Source: Schizochytrium sp. TIO01
Lineage: Eukaryota > Protista > Bigyra: Labyrinthulomycetes
Direction of reading: 5' to 3'
DNA: 64,000 bases
Assembly (NCBI GenBank): GCA_004764695.1
Contig: SMSO01000037.1
Coordinates: 1,154,747-1,218,746 of the forward strand
The notes under the pieces are model-generated. The model did no database searches. It was not told the DNA's origin and was given only the letters and a program-made list of their open reading frames with translations. Made by a program: the position numbers and the translations under genes. Every line of letters begins with the position of its first letter. Positions within the stretch are counted from its first letter, which is position 1. Below are positions 49,153 through 61,600 of this stretch, in pieces.

Positions 49153-49565
49153 CTCGACAGCCTAAAATACCTGCCTTTGTTGTACGAAGAAACAATCTAC
49201 GTATTATAGTTCACGAGTCAATGAAGTCGTCGATCGACAGACTCGAGCTCTTGAAGTTTTCTCCGCTCCCCCACTTTGTCGTCCGGGTCTACTTTTACGT
49301 GAACCCCACCTCTTGCTATCAGCTCAACAACCTCAAGTTCAAGGTCTACCAGACAACTTCTTCTCCACGCCCTGGTTCGCCGCACCACTCCCCACTATTG
49401 ACTACTAAGCTCTTATACCATACAACGAAGCTGTGTCTACTACTACATGCTATAAATAAGCGTATTAATATGCGTTCTGTATATTATTTACCTTTCCTCT
49501 GTGGCCACCAGTTCTCTTCATAAATCACTCACGCCACAGAACCTATACTTCGCCCCGCGGTTACG

Positions 49566-50453
49566 ATGGCAACGCTGTACCGGCCCCGCGTGGTGCGCCG
49601 CGGCGCTGAATCTTCCTCTGCTCCTCGCTCCGGTGCTCGGATTGGTCCCACAGACGTTCGTTCTTCGTCCTCTGTTTCTAAATCTGGTGGCTCGTCGTCT
49701 TCGATTGCGGCCTTGGAAACTGCCCCGGCGGCCGTATTGGAGACCTCTGTGGCGTCTGGCGTGTCTGGTTCAGCCTTTGTAGAGGTTGGTGGCTCTCGCG
49801 TGGTCTGTACCGTGCGCGGGCCCCGTGCAATTAAGCGATCTGCGGATTTTGGTGATGAGGGCTCAATCGAATGTCGCGTTCGCTTGGCTCCTTTCGCTCT
49901 TTACCGCTTCAGCTCTGGATCTGTGACCTCGCGCAACGTGGAGACGCTGCGCATGAAATCGGAGCAATACTTTTCATCCGCCCTTGTTCGTGCTCTCAAG
50001 GGTAGCGTGCGCCTTGACCGATTCCCCAAATCCGTTCTTGAGATTGATGCTCTTGTGCTCTCTGATGATGGTGAAGCTCTTTCAGCTCTGATTTCCTGTG
50101 CTTCATTGGCTGTCGCTGACAGTGGTGTAGAAGTTCTGGACCTTGTCGCGAGCTCTAGTGTTGGAGTGGTCTCTGGTCTTGGCACCGAATTAGAATATCT
50201 ACAAAACCCAAATTCAACTCAGCAAGCGCGATCCTTGGGTGTTATGACCATGTCGCTTTTGCCATCTTCGGAAACCGTCGCGGACCTTTCAGTCAAAGGC
50301 ATGCTTTCCTACGAGCAGGCTGGTGAGGCTACCAAGCGCTGCTTCGAGGGATGCATTCGTATGCACCGCCAGATGCGCGACCACCTCGTTCTTAAAGCGG
50401 AGCAGGCCTTCAAGGCACTTGATAACGATAACGATAGCGAGGCGGAGATGTGA
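49566..50453 (+). CDS. MTR3: Exosome complex RNase PH-family subunit (Mtr3/Rrp41-like)
   Basis: SGSAFVEVGGSRVVCTVRGPR, FPKSVLEIDALVLSDDG and CASLAVADSGVEVLDLV. The PKS...DG pattern favours Mtr3/EXOSC6 over Rrp41. Confidence 0.8.
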   Translation: MATLYRPRVVRRGAESSSAPRSGARIGPTDVRSSSSVSKSGGSSSSIAALETAPAAVLETSVASGVSGSAFVEVGGSRVVCTVRGPRAIKRSADFGDEGSIECRVRLAPFALYRFSSGSVTSRNVETLRMKSEQYFSSALVRALKGSVRLDRFPKSVLEIDALVLSDDGEALSALISCASLAVADSGVEVLDLVASSSVGVVSGLGTELEYLQNPNSTQQARSLGVMTMSLLPSSETVADLSVKGMLSYEQAGEATKRCFEGCIRMHRQMRDHLVLKAEQAFKALDNDNDSEAEM

Positions 50454-50966
50454 GGGAAAGAAGTACCGTTGATGAAACTAGTTGATTCACAGATTCTTGG
50501 TTTTTGCACCCGAGAATCTTGCTCGAGACGCACCTGGTTGTGTCTTCCTTCATAGTAAAAACAAAAGTTGTATATGTAGCATTCATTCATTGATTTTATT
50601 CACGTTCTTGAGATTTTGCTGTGGTCTTGGATTTGGCTTTTGTGTGGTCGTAGTAGGTTTAGGGATGTATTGCAAGGGTTTTGACGTTTTGTCCTGATCT
50701 TGTCAATTTAAAAACGAGATCAGACAAATGGTACGACTGTCTGCAATATTTGTGTGATAATACTTGCAAGAAATTGTTTGTTGAGGATAATCATATTTTT
50801 ATAATTAGAGTACCATCGTTGGAATTTGTGCATCCTGCTTGCTCACTTGGTTTATGTTGTGCTTATCTTATAACAGGTTCGTGCAGGCTGCTGCAGTCAC
50901 TTCGTTCATTGGGAATCTATGTTGCATAGTGTCTGTTTAATCATTCTCCCTTAGTTATTTACTTAC

Positions 50967-52838
50967 TTACACACTGCGTTTAGAGCGGGTGAGGTCCTTG
51001 ACGGCTTTGCGTCGGCGAAGAAGAATTGTGGATACAAAGACAAAAAGCAGGGCCAGCATGGGAATCCACGCTGGAAGCGAAGAAATACGGCTCAAATTTG
51101 GACTGGGCAGCGAGCGAAGGTGCTCCCCAACAACATTGCTGTGGTAACGCAATTTAGAAGTTTTTGACATCTCACCGTTGGCCGTCGGCTCAATGGTAAG
51201 TTCCAGCATAACAGAGCCTGTTCTAGAGGCAGGGTAAGCATTGGAGTGGCGATCCCGAGGTACAGCCAATGTGTCATGGTGAGAGTGAGACTCTCCTGCT
51301 ACGCCAATCTTTTCAAGATCTTTTTGGGAGTGAGTTTGACTTTCGGAATTATCATCATCGAGGACAACACCCAAACCCTTAATCACAATGAGGTCCTGTT
51401 CTTCATCCTCCCTTTCAGCCACGGCGCCTTTTTTAGAACCTCGTTTTTTCTGCTGAGGAGATTGGGCAACACTCTGTTGGCCTTGTTGCTGCTGTTCTTG
51501 AAGTTTTTGTTGCTCCAAGAGAAGCTTTTGTTGTGCTCTTTTCTCAGCTTCTGCCACTGCCGCTGCCGCTGCCTTTTGGGCAAGCTCTTCATCAGATTCC
51601 TCCTCTTGGGACACGTCCGCAGATGCCAAAATTTGCGGGACCTCGTCGACTAGAGAAACAACAATATCGTCAGGGTAGCCAAACAAGGTGTCTTTAGGTT
51701 TCTCGCCTTCATGATCCTCCTCGTCCTTGACCATTTCCTCGTCGAAACCCTTGGCCTTATAGAAATCGTCCATTTTTTTGCTGGCAATGGCTAGATCAGG
51801 GGGGTGCAGGGGAGGCATGTTTCGATTGGCAATGACGCTCATGCTATCTTCCTTGCTGTACATGACAATCGCCTCGTTGAGAACATTCATGATCATATCT
51901 GTGGTGGGGCGGATAGAGCCGCCAGGTACGCGAAAGATATCAGCGAAGACGTCTGCATTCAATCGGCCAGGGACTTCCAACATGAAGGCTGCCCGAACCC
52001 CTGCATACTGCTCCATCCAATCTATAGCAATTCCAGTATTCCTGAAATCTACAACATCACTTCGTGGACGGAATTTCAAGACACCCCGTGAGGCTTGGGC
52101 GAGCTGATTTGCTTCGGCCACTCGAGTCTCGGTAGCATTAAATACAGGAAAGACGACGCGTGCACAGCAGTGTACGTCGAGAACGACTCGGCGAGCCGGC
52201 CTACCTTCAAGTACGAGGTCACGCAAAATCTGCGCCTCGATGGCCTGAAATGGATACTCACCCTGGTAGAGCTCGGACGTGAATGCTCTGGGTTTGCCAA
52301 ATCCCCACGAAACATTGTCTACGCCAAAGTTGCGGTTGAGGTCGATGCCAGCAGTATTCGCCTCTGCCGGTAGTGTTGTGCGCGTCTTTCGCCAGTTCCG
52401 CAAGGTCGTGCGAGTGTAAGCATATCCGTCTGGATTCAGGTTCGGCAGAAATTGAAGTCGCACATTGTGGTTGCGCACAGCGTCAGCAAGACGTGCGTAA
52501 TGACGGGCGACGATACAGAGAACCGAGGCTGACGAGATCCACTCCCGTGCATGCATGCCGCCAACCATGAGCAGCTCAGCTACCACATCTTTGCCCTTCC
52601 TGCCCTCTCTCACAGGGTCACTGCTGCCGGAGGGCTCCATCGTGATCAACACTAGAGGCCTGCCCTCTGATGAGGAGCCTAATTCCCGTACATGCAAATC
52701 AACATCGTTGGAGAGGAGTCCGAGTTCCTCTGCCAAGGTCTTGATGAGGTTTACTGTCGTGTCGTACCGTAAGTAGACGCTGCAAGCTCGCTGCTCCAAA
52801 GAGTCAGGAGTCCCTGGCGGTGCGGGAGGCGGGCTCAT
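50967..52838 (-). CDS. M14 zinc carboxypeptidase with low-complexity stalk and C-terminal TM helix
   Basis: GGMHAREW, NPDGY, WRKTR, GIDLNRNF, LDVH and catalytic FMLE motifs; C-terminal WIPMLALLFVFVSTILL followed by RRRK. The N-terminus is probably incomplete. Confidence 0.88.
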   Translation of the reverse strand: MSPPPAPPGTPDSLEQRACSVYLRYDTTVNLIKTLAEELGLLSNDVDLHVRELGSSSEGRPLVLITMEPSGSSDPVREGRKGKDVVAELLMVGGMHAREWISSASVLCIVARHYARLADAVRNHNVRLQFLPNLNPDGYAYTRTTLRNWRKTRTTLPAEANTAGIDLNRNFGVDNVSWGFGKPRAFTSELYQGEYPFQAIEAQILRDLVLEGRPARRVVLDVHCCARVVFPVFNATETRVAEANQLAQASRGVLKFRPRSDVVDFRNTGIAIDWMEQYAGVRAAFMLEVPGRLNADVFADIFRVPGGSIRPTTDMIMNVLNEAIVMYSKEDSMSVIANRNMPPLHPPDLAIASKKMDDFYKAKGFDEEMVKDEEDHEGEKPKDTLFGYPDDIVVSLVDEVPQILASADVSQEEESDEELAQKAAAAAVAEAEKRAQQKLLLEQQKLQEQQQQGQQSVAQSPQQKKRGSKKGAVAEREDEEQDLIVIKGLGVVLDDDNSESQTHSQKDLEKIGVAGESHSHHDTLAVPRDRHSNAYPASRTGSVMLELTIEPTANGEMSKTSKLRYHSNVVGEHLRSLPSPNLSRISSLPAWIPMLALLFVFVSTILLRRRKAVKDLTRSKRSV

Positions 52839-54327
52839 TATTGTGATGGAGAGAACTGCTTTGTCTGCGTCTGATGCCCAAGAAGTCGCGGTTGCAGGAT
52901 TTGGTTTCCCGCCTAAGAAGACTAGTTTAAGTTTTGCCTTTCTGTGTGGCCTTTATTCCTGCTACTCTTGTTTGTTCCCAATTCTATTCTCGTCCGCCTC
53001 AGCGAGTTGGAAACTACAAGAAAAAGGCCTGCTTTCTTAGTAGTAGCACTTTGTTCGATCTGTTGAAGAACAGAGAGGAGAACGGCAACAAAAACAAGGA
53101 GAACAACAACGTAAATAACTGGTGAACTACCACCTCCTAGTGATGCGTGCTGCTGCTGGTGCTGCTTTTCCTCGTGATCACTAATGAATCAAGTGGTTTC
53201 CGCTGTAGCGTGCTGCAGATGTCAGATTTGCTGTAGTGGTGCGTGCGTGCGTGCGTGCTAGCGAGGAGATTCACGAGAGTTTTGGAATTAATTGATTCAG
53301 GCTCCGAGCGATGACTAAGTATGAATTCAAGTGAATTCAATTGAATCGATTTGATTTGATTTGATTTGAACCAACAACGACAGATCGTCGAACAAATCGA
53401 ACCAGGTGGTGCCAGAAGCCAATAACCAAGCGAATGCAACTCGATGCAGCAGAGCGAGCCAATGAGCCTTGGCTTGTCACGCACTGAAGACAACAGCAGC
53501 AGCAACGGCTCCAGCAATGAGCCACAACCGCTGTCGCGTAAGCTGCGCTATGTCGTGCAGACTCCACTCGGAGTCTTGCAGAAACCAAAAAAGAGAGGTT
53601 GCAGGTTTGCCGCCAATGGAATCTGCAAATTGTTTTGCATTTTCTTTTTATCTCTCTCAAAACTTCGACCCCAAAGATTGCTAGGCACCTACCTATGTAC
53701 TACCTACCTAGTACCGCCACGAAATACAGTAATTTTCTAAAGTCCAATTTTTTAGTTATTTTTTAATCAGCAAAAGTTCAATTTCAATTTAACTTAATTT
53801 TAAATGTATTAATAAATAAATTAATTAATTAAAAAGGAAAAAAAGAGTATGGCACGAAACCCTCGAGTTACAGCCTTAACTAGCTTCAGCAAAGTGATCA
53901 TTATTCTCGCTTCGTGTAAGAAACTATCTTTCGTGGTCGTTGATACATGCTCCAAAAGAATGGCTCCAGTCTTTCAATTAGAACCTGACCGAGCCAATCT
54001 TACGAAGCTAACAAACGGCATAAGCCCCACTGATTTATATTTTCTATTAGGTAGTGTTGTTTTTAATTTTTAATGTAAAATAAAATAAAATAAACAAGTT
54101 TAATAACCAATCTTTGGCACCTTTTCCTTCCCATTTCCATAAGCATCATTCTATTCATCGTTGAACTCGAAGCATTACTTAAGCGTTTTCGGGATCCACG
54201 TTGAAAGGATACGAGTTTTATTTTAGTTCTTTCTCAATAAAGGCCAAACTATCCCCTTCAACCTGTTTTTACTTACCCTTCCATTTATTTATTTATTTCT
54301 AAACAGCAGCAAATACACTTACATATT

Positions 54328-54472
54328 CATACATACATACATACATACATACATACATACATACATACATACATACATACATACATACATACATACATAC
54401 ATACATACATACATACATACATACATACATACATACATACATACATACATACATACATACATACATACATAC
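54328..54472. repeat. (CATA)n microsatellite
   Basis: Perfect tandem run of about 36 copies. Confidence 0.97.
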
Positions 54473-55032
54473 TACACATCCAAATCTTAAAATGAATTGA
54501 TGTTCGTCGTTGCAGTCACGGTCCCGAGGTATCGACCATCGCCCTTCTCTCCATGACTGATGGTCCTCTTTCTGCCTTCGAACCAACAATGAACGATTTG
54601 CTCATCGACATATTCTTCTTCATATAAACCAAGCAAGCAAGCAAGCAAACCTTCCTTCCTCGACAAACAGTCGAAATGAACTTTTGGGTACCTACATACC
54701 TGTAGGGTAATGCTGTGCTGGCCATTCTGCTTTCCGAGGACGCGGCGTCTTCCCACCCTCAAAGCTCATGGTGGGACGCAGCCATGGCCAAGCTCTCCCC
54801 TTTCCTCTCGTTCCCCTTTCCTCTCTGTCATTCGATCGATCTGTTCATTTGTCCATTCCTCGATCCCTCTTTACGGCTCTAAACTGCCCATTTCCCATCT
54901 CTGCTTCAGGGTTTCAAGATCGACACAATAAATATATAAATAAATAAATACCTAAGAAAGAGCGATGGATGGATTGGTTGATTGATTGATCTGTTGATTG
55001 GGCCAACACAACACACGCTAAGATGCTCTCCA

Positions 55033-55107
55033 TCGATCTATCAATCCATCAATCTATCGATCTATCGATCTATCGATCTATCGATCTATCGATCTATCTA
55101 TATCTAT
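55033..55107. repeat. (ATCGATCT)n degenerate microsatellite
   Basis: Tandem ATCGATCT units; a (GATA)n tract follows at about 55252-55279. Confidence 0.8.
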
Positions 55108-56628
55108 AAGTGGCGATGGCTCGTGCCTCGACTGGATGGGCTCCATCTTGCGCAACGCAATAATACCTTACAAACCCATAGAACTCCCTCTCTCTCGCAC
55201 TCACGCCGAGAAATAAATACCTTGGAATTAAACAAAACCCAACCTCGTGAAGATAGATAGATAGATAGATAGATAGATAAATACCTTCTCCAAGTGAGCT
55301 CCGGTGCGACTTCGAAGGCACCGCCGCCGTCATCGCCGTCGATTCGCCATCGTTATGACGACGACTCAGAGTTTGCTTTGCTCTGCTTTGCTGTGACTTG
55401 ATTTGCGTTTTTACTTTGCTTCATGGATATTTATTTGACTCACTCGAAACGAAACCATCAGAGGAACTCGATTTCAGGGCCTTCGATCAAGCCATGAACG
55501 CCGCCTCAGCCACGGAACACACCCTCGCAAAATGAACGAGAAGAAAGAAGAAGAGCAGAGAGAAGATTCACAAGAGAGAGAAAGATTTCATTATCATTAT
55601 CATTATCATCATCGCATTATCATTATCATTATCATTTCTTTCTTTCTGTATTTCTTTTAAGAATGTATAAATAAACAATTTAAAAAGAGGGGCAAGACAA
55701 AGAGGGTCACGATCACGGCGACAGCGGCAGAGGCAGCAGAGGCAGATAGGTCTTTGAAGGGCCTTTTCCGCTCTCCTTCCACTTCCCGCTCTCTCTTACA
55801 TCGAACTATCGATCGATTCTCAACAGTCGGTCTTTCAACAGTCAGAAATTCGCCTTTCCTGGGCCATCGATTCACATTCATTTTTAACTTGAAGCTTCAA
55901 GTCATATCGTATCACTGCCTACCATGATGGCTATTTTTTAAATAATTTAAATTTAAATTTAAAATTTAAAAATTAAAAACGAATTTAAAAAAAAAAAAAG
56001 TGGCAACAGCTTTATTTTAAAGAATTACGCCTCTCCTTTCATACTATATCGGTAAAAAAGGTGAGTTTGGGTTAGTTTTGTTTGTAAAATCAAAGTAGGC
56101 GCGCGATGAATGAAAGAAAGTTTTCTCTGAACGAAGAGCTGGCTAAGGAAGGAAGGGCTTAGCATCAGGTAACTGGCCCTTACGAGTATAAATAAGAAAG
56201 AAAGAAAGAAAGAAGAAGGCATGGCGGTCCTGGTAGTTACGATGTTACGTCATGCAAAAAGTGGAACTTGGCGCCAAAATTTAGTGTTCCCGTTAGTCTC
56301 CAGGTTCTTTGAGCTTCAACAAGAACCCAAACACGCGCTCTGCGAGAGGCAAAGGCGCTACAGCTACGCAGAGCAACGAACGAACGAACGAATAAAACAA
56401 CTAAACAACCAATCAGCCAACCAACCAGCCAACCAACCAATCAATCAAACAAACAAACAACCAATCAATCGATCGATCGAGGTCAATCAGTATATCCACA
56501 GCCTAACGAAACAACCGCGAGCTCCTCAGGAACCCAGTCTCACGAACGCGGAAGGACAAGCACAACCCCACTCGGATTCTCCGCTTCCTTGGCCCTCGAG
56601 TCTGGCGAGCTGACAGTATCTTGAGCTC

Positions 56629-56713
56629 GAAGTTGAAGTTGAAGTTGAAGCTGAAGTTGAAGTTGAAGTTGAAGTTGAAGTTTAGGTTAAGGTTTAGGTT
56701 GAGGTTGAAGTTG
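56629..56713. repeat. (GAAGTT)n hexamer microsatellite degenerating to TAGGTT/AAGGTT
   Basis: Visible tandem hexamers. Confidence 0.85.
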
Positions 56714-58354
56714 CACAATCAGGATCAAGAATGGCGCTCCAGGTGTGCTCCATTGACTCTCGCTCGCGGGTCCGTTGAAGGTACAACGCAAAGGGCTTGA
56801 ACGTGGAGCTCGAAGCAGACTCCGTGGGCGTGGATGCAAAAGCTCAAGCAATCTTGCTCGGCGTAATGGGCACAAGACCACGCGGGAATGGAGCACCAAT
56901 GGTACTGCCCGCGGCGAGGAAGCGACCTCGAGACGATCGTGCCGTGCTGGCGGGGTAAAGAAAGCCACGAGCTCAAGTCCTGGGACAGCGTTGAGCAGCA
57001 TCGAGGTCTTCAACGAAGGTGCACGCACGCTTGCAGCTTCGCGTGCTTGAAATCGACACGTCAACTCGACTTCGATGGCGGGTCGAGATCGAATCGCGAG
57101 AAGGATTCCCCAATTTAAGCTTTGCCGCGCCGGCCAATAGCTACTTCTCTACATGCCACGCCCAGATTGGCGAATGGCGTTGCTAATCCTCAACACCGGG
57201 GTCGTCGTGCACGTGGACCTCGGCGAGATCCACGGACACCTACCTTCCTTGCGCCTGCGCAGACGTGGAGAGCTAGCTTCTTCTCTAAACCAAGACCCAC
57301 TCCGTCTTGGAGCCCATCGCGTCGCGCTCTCAAAGTCGCCTGCGCCACGTGTGCTTTCCGAGTCCCTCGGTGCGATCCTTTGGGAGCACGAGCCCATGCG
57401 CTCCGTCGGACGACTCCCTCGAGAAGCACCTGCCGCCGTCTTGGACTCCTTCGACGCCGGCCTTGCGGGAATGGCTTCGTCCATCCGTCAGTCCATCATT
57501 GCGGCTCCCAGCTCGTGCTTCGATCGTCTCCTCAGACGAACAAGGGCTCCGCCGTCGAAGCCACGTGCAAGAGGGCCATGAGCGGCATCATCATCTCCCA
57601 AAGCCGCTGAAGCCGCCAAGGCGTGGGTAGTAGGTTGCAAGGCACGTGCTGTGCGCAGTGCCGCAGCCAAACCTCGCGCTCTCAGTCTCGGCTGTCTCCG
57701 CGGCGGCAGCAGAAGCGGCGACTGTTCCGCATCCACGCCTGATTTGGCGCGACTTCTTCGAATTCAAATTCTTCAAACTCTTCGAGTTCTTCAAGTTCTT
57801 CTTCTTCAGGTTCTTCTTCGACTTCTTCTTCGACTTCTTCTTCGACTTCTTCTTCGCCTTTCGTTGTTACTCGAAGCGCTCAAGTTCTTCCTCTTTGCTC
57901 TTTCAATGACTCTTTCTTTCGCCTTCTTCTTCCTTGGCTCTCTTTTCTTTTTTCAAGGTTCTCTTAACAATAAACGCTTTGCGGCTCCAAACTTTCAAAT
58001 AAAGCACTATGAGTTTGTTATTTTTAAGTTTATTATTAAAATTAGAACTTTTGTTTTTAAATATGGATGATTTTTTGAAATAAATGTAAATAAAAAGCAA
58101 AGGTCAGTCTTGCAGAGAGTATCTATGGGTGAATCAGGATACTGTAAAAAGACAGGATTCCCCAGACAGTTCGATCCAAGCTTGAAGAGGATACCGCTCG
58201 CGTGACGGCCGAAGAGCTCCATGTACCTCCGGAGAAGGGCCGTCACGATGCTCTGAGGCGGCATCATCTCAAGCGACAGCCCTTTCGACTGTCTCCAGCG
58301 CTGACGACAAGAAAACCAAAGAAACAAGAGAAACGAACAAGAAAGAAAGAAAGA

Positions 58355-58511
58355 AATCAAAGCAATCAAAGCAATCAAAGCAATCAAAGCAATCAAAGCA
58401 ATCAAAGCAATCAAAGCAATCAAAGCAATCAAAGCAATCAAAGCAATCAAAGCAATCAAAGCAATCAAAGCAATCAAAGCAATCAAAGCAATCAAAGCAA
58501 TCAAAGCAATC
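58355..58511. repeat. (AATCAAAGC)n 9-bp tandem repeat
   Basis: About 17 perfect copies; it generates the spurious ALI/NQS/CFD ORFs. Confidence 0.97.
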
Positions 58512-58726
58512 GTCTAACTGCCGCCTCACTACGGCCAAAAGTAGTCCTCGCAAGCTCCAAATCGATCATCTCCTAGGAGCCCCCTAGGCCGCAGCCACCC
58601 ACAGTTCTACCTACCTACCAGTTAACTAGCCATGCCATTAATTTATTTCTTTTTCGGTTGGAGCAAGGCGCCCCGGGACGCCTTACATCTGTCTTAGGTA
58701 GACTCGAGACCGCCAATTCCTGCGAC

Positions 58727-58762
<36 letters not shown>

Positions 58763-59171
58763 GCCTGTTCTTGTGGACATAGTAAGATTTAGTGAAAAAA
58801 AAGAATGATAATAAAACAGAACGGAACGGCCTGCGGCAAGTTGAAATTCGGGTTCTTTCTGGAGACATTTGGGGCGAGGACTTGAAGAATGCTCGGTTTG
58901 GCTTGGATACATGCTTGGAGAGCTGAAGAGTGCGTCAGATAGATGGAAAAGCTGAGGAAAAGCCCATCTCGTACTGCTCCTCCTCCTCCTGCTGCCAAGC
59001 TTTCTTGTCGTTTTGAGCTCTAGACTAAAAGCAAAAATCAAACCAAATTGTGGTTTCTGGTTTTTAGTTCCATTTTTTTGTTTGGAGAAGTTCGCTTTAA
59101 ATTAAAAAGAGTAAACTAAAAAAATGATTTATTGTTATTATACATCATATATGACAAATAAAAGCGGATCG

Positions 59172-59324
<153 letters not shown>

Positions 59325-60868
59325 CTATCGATCGCCGCAAAAACCAAATCGAGGGTCTCGAGTCTCGTCTCGTCTCCGCTGCGGCGCCGAAGCCGTCGAT
59401 CCCTCCTCCGGTGAGGCGGCCTTGGCGCTCCTGACGACTGAGCCGCCGGCCGGAGGGGCCTCCGCGGAGTTAGGAGCGCAGAGGCTGGGGCGAAGTGGGG
59501 CACATCACGGGGGCCCATCACGCGGGCTCTCTCTCTCTCTCTCTCTCTGCTCTTCTGATTGTTATTGATTGTTATGATTCTTCTTCAAGTCAATTCAATT
59601 CAATTCCATTCAATTCAATTCAATCCAATTCAATTCCATTCAATTCATGGTCTTCTGCTTTCTCCATTCCCCTGCGGAGGGTCTTAGGGCTTAGTAGGCG
59701 GCTGGTAGGAGGAAGGCACAGCGTTTAGTTCTGTTGAGCAGAGACGTCCATTGATTTCGAGTAGAGTTCTTGAAGAAGCAGAAGTTGAAGTCGAAGAAGA
59801 TTGATTGGTTCGTTTGTTTAGTTGTTTAGTTGTTTAGTTGTTTAAACACATTCATTTATTCGTGTGCTCATTTGTTCATTTTGGGATGAAGGACACAGTG
59901 TGTCCCTTGTACAGGATATGATGTCATATGATATGCTGTGTGTGTGGTTTTGGGATGGCAAAAGACTTCTTTCTTTCTTACTTTCTTTCTTTCGTGGCGG
60001 CTCTGAAGAGGGCGCAACTTCGGTTTGAAGAGCGATAAAGGCGCGGCGCAGGGAGGTTAAGAGGCCCTCGAGAAGCTTTAGTTTGAGAGGACGAAGGGAT
60101 CGACGCCTTTTCAAAGGGCGATTAGAGCAAGTGTACGGAATGGAACTCCATAATGGCTCGAGGCTTTCCCTCTTTTTTCAAGTGGGTGCGGTTCTTTTGG
60201 CTCTTTGCTGTTTAAAGTTTTAAATATGTATACAAGTGGGCTTATTTATTTATTTATTTATTCATTTATTTATTTATTATTTTGCTCATTCAGTTGTTCT
60301 AGTGGATATAATATATCGGGCAGAAAGGAGCCCTGTCGAGAAGTAATTGGGCATCCATGGCTTCAGAGAGAGAGAAGGCTTTAAAAGCTTTGGAGACGAG
60401 CGCTGTTTCCTACGCGATGGTAGTAGGTAGGCAGTTCCAAGAAATCTCAGGATATGCGATCGATTCGACTATTTTTTAAAATCATACATTTCGTTAAACG
60501 AAGTTTTGAAATCGAGCTCCTTTCATTTTCAAAAATTGTCAACGATATTTCGAGGAAATCGAGTGAAAAGGTACTAGAATTAAAAGATGAGGTAACAGCA
60601 GCGTCGCCCATTAGCAAAGGAGAGCCCCTTTTATCTCTTTTAGCTCAACAAACAAACAAACATTATAAACAAACAAACAACTTACAATCCCCTCCTGCTT
60701 GTTCTCTTTCGCTCATGTAAATAGAGAGCGACTATGGTAATCCAGGGATTTGAAGCTCCAAGTCGCACACCAACGCGTAAGCAACGCAGTCACGGCCCCA
60801 GCGCGCCTTTACAGTTAGTCAATGAGTAAGTAAGTAAGTAAGTGAGGAAGCAAGTGAGGAAGCAAGTA

Positions 60869-60900
<32 letters not shown>

Positions 60901-61419
60901 AGTGAGTCAGTAAGTTAGCAAGTGAGGAAGGAAGTAAAGAAGGAAGGAAGGAAAGAAGGAAGGAAGTAAAGCAAGCACGGGAAAAGCGAAAGATCGCAGC
61001 TGAGAAGAGAAGGAAACCAAGGAAACCAGAAAGAGAAGGGAAGAAGCCTGCTCTGCGCTCGTGCTCTCTACTCGAAGCAGCCGAGAGGAGCGGTTGGGAC
61101 AGCCGTCAACGACGAGGTAGGGGAAGAAGGAGGCGAGTAAGAGTAAGAGGCCGAAAGAAAGAAAGAAAGAAAGAATGACGCGGAGAGCAAGCGGATACTT
61201 GTTTTCCTCGTTTGCGAACTTGGGCCTCTCGCAGGGGAGCTGAATGTGGAAGAGTGTGGGGGTGGGAACCAACAGCGGCAGATAGACGGTAACCACAGTT
61301 CGCCGAGGGGCACCGTACGGTGGAAGCGGTGCTGTGGGAGATTCACCGCAGTAGGTGCCGAGGCGACGGAGAGATATTCGGCCCAAAAAGGGTTCCGGGG
61401 ATTTGAGTGCTCCTCGTTT

Positions 61420-61600
61420 TCAGGCACTTCAAAGTGGTCTGAGTTCTCGTGAATCTGTAATGGATCTCAGGCGCTTCAAAGCGGTCTGAGCTCTCGTGAA
61501 TCTGTAATGGATCTCAGGCACTTCAAAGTGGTCTGAGTTCTCGTGAATCTGTAATGGATCTCAGGCGCTTCGAAGCGGTCTGAGTTCTCGTGAATCTGTA
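61420..61600. repeat. 47-bp tandem minisatellite, about 3.9 copies, alternating A/B units with a palindromic core
   Basis: Units start at 61420, 61467, 61514 and 61561; consensus TCAGGCRCTTCAAAGYGGTCTGAGTTCTCGTGAATCTGTAATGGATC. Confidence 0.93.

Noticed and set aside
56681-56705. TTTAGG/TTAAGG telomere-like hexamers
   Set aside because: Only 3-4 degenerate units that grade out of a (GAAGTT)n microsatellite.
60728-60772. tRNA-like acceptor stem GCGACT...AGTCGC-ACACCA
   Set aside because: The interior is only about 27 nt with no D, anticodon or T arms; likely chance.
61420-61600. CRISPR-like array
   Set aside because: Repeats are head-to-tail with no unique spacers, there are no cas genes, and the context is eukaryotic.
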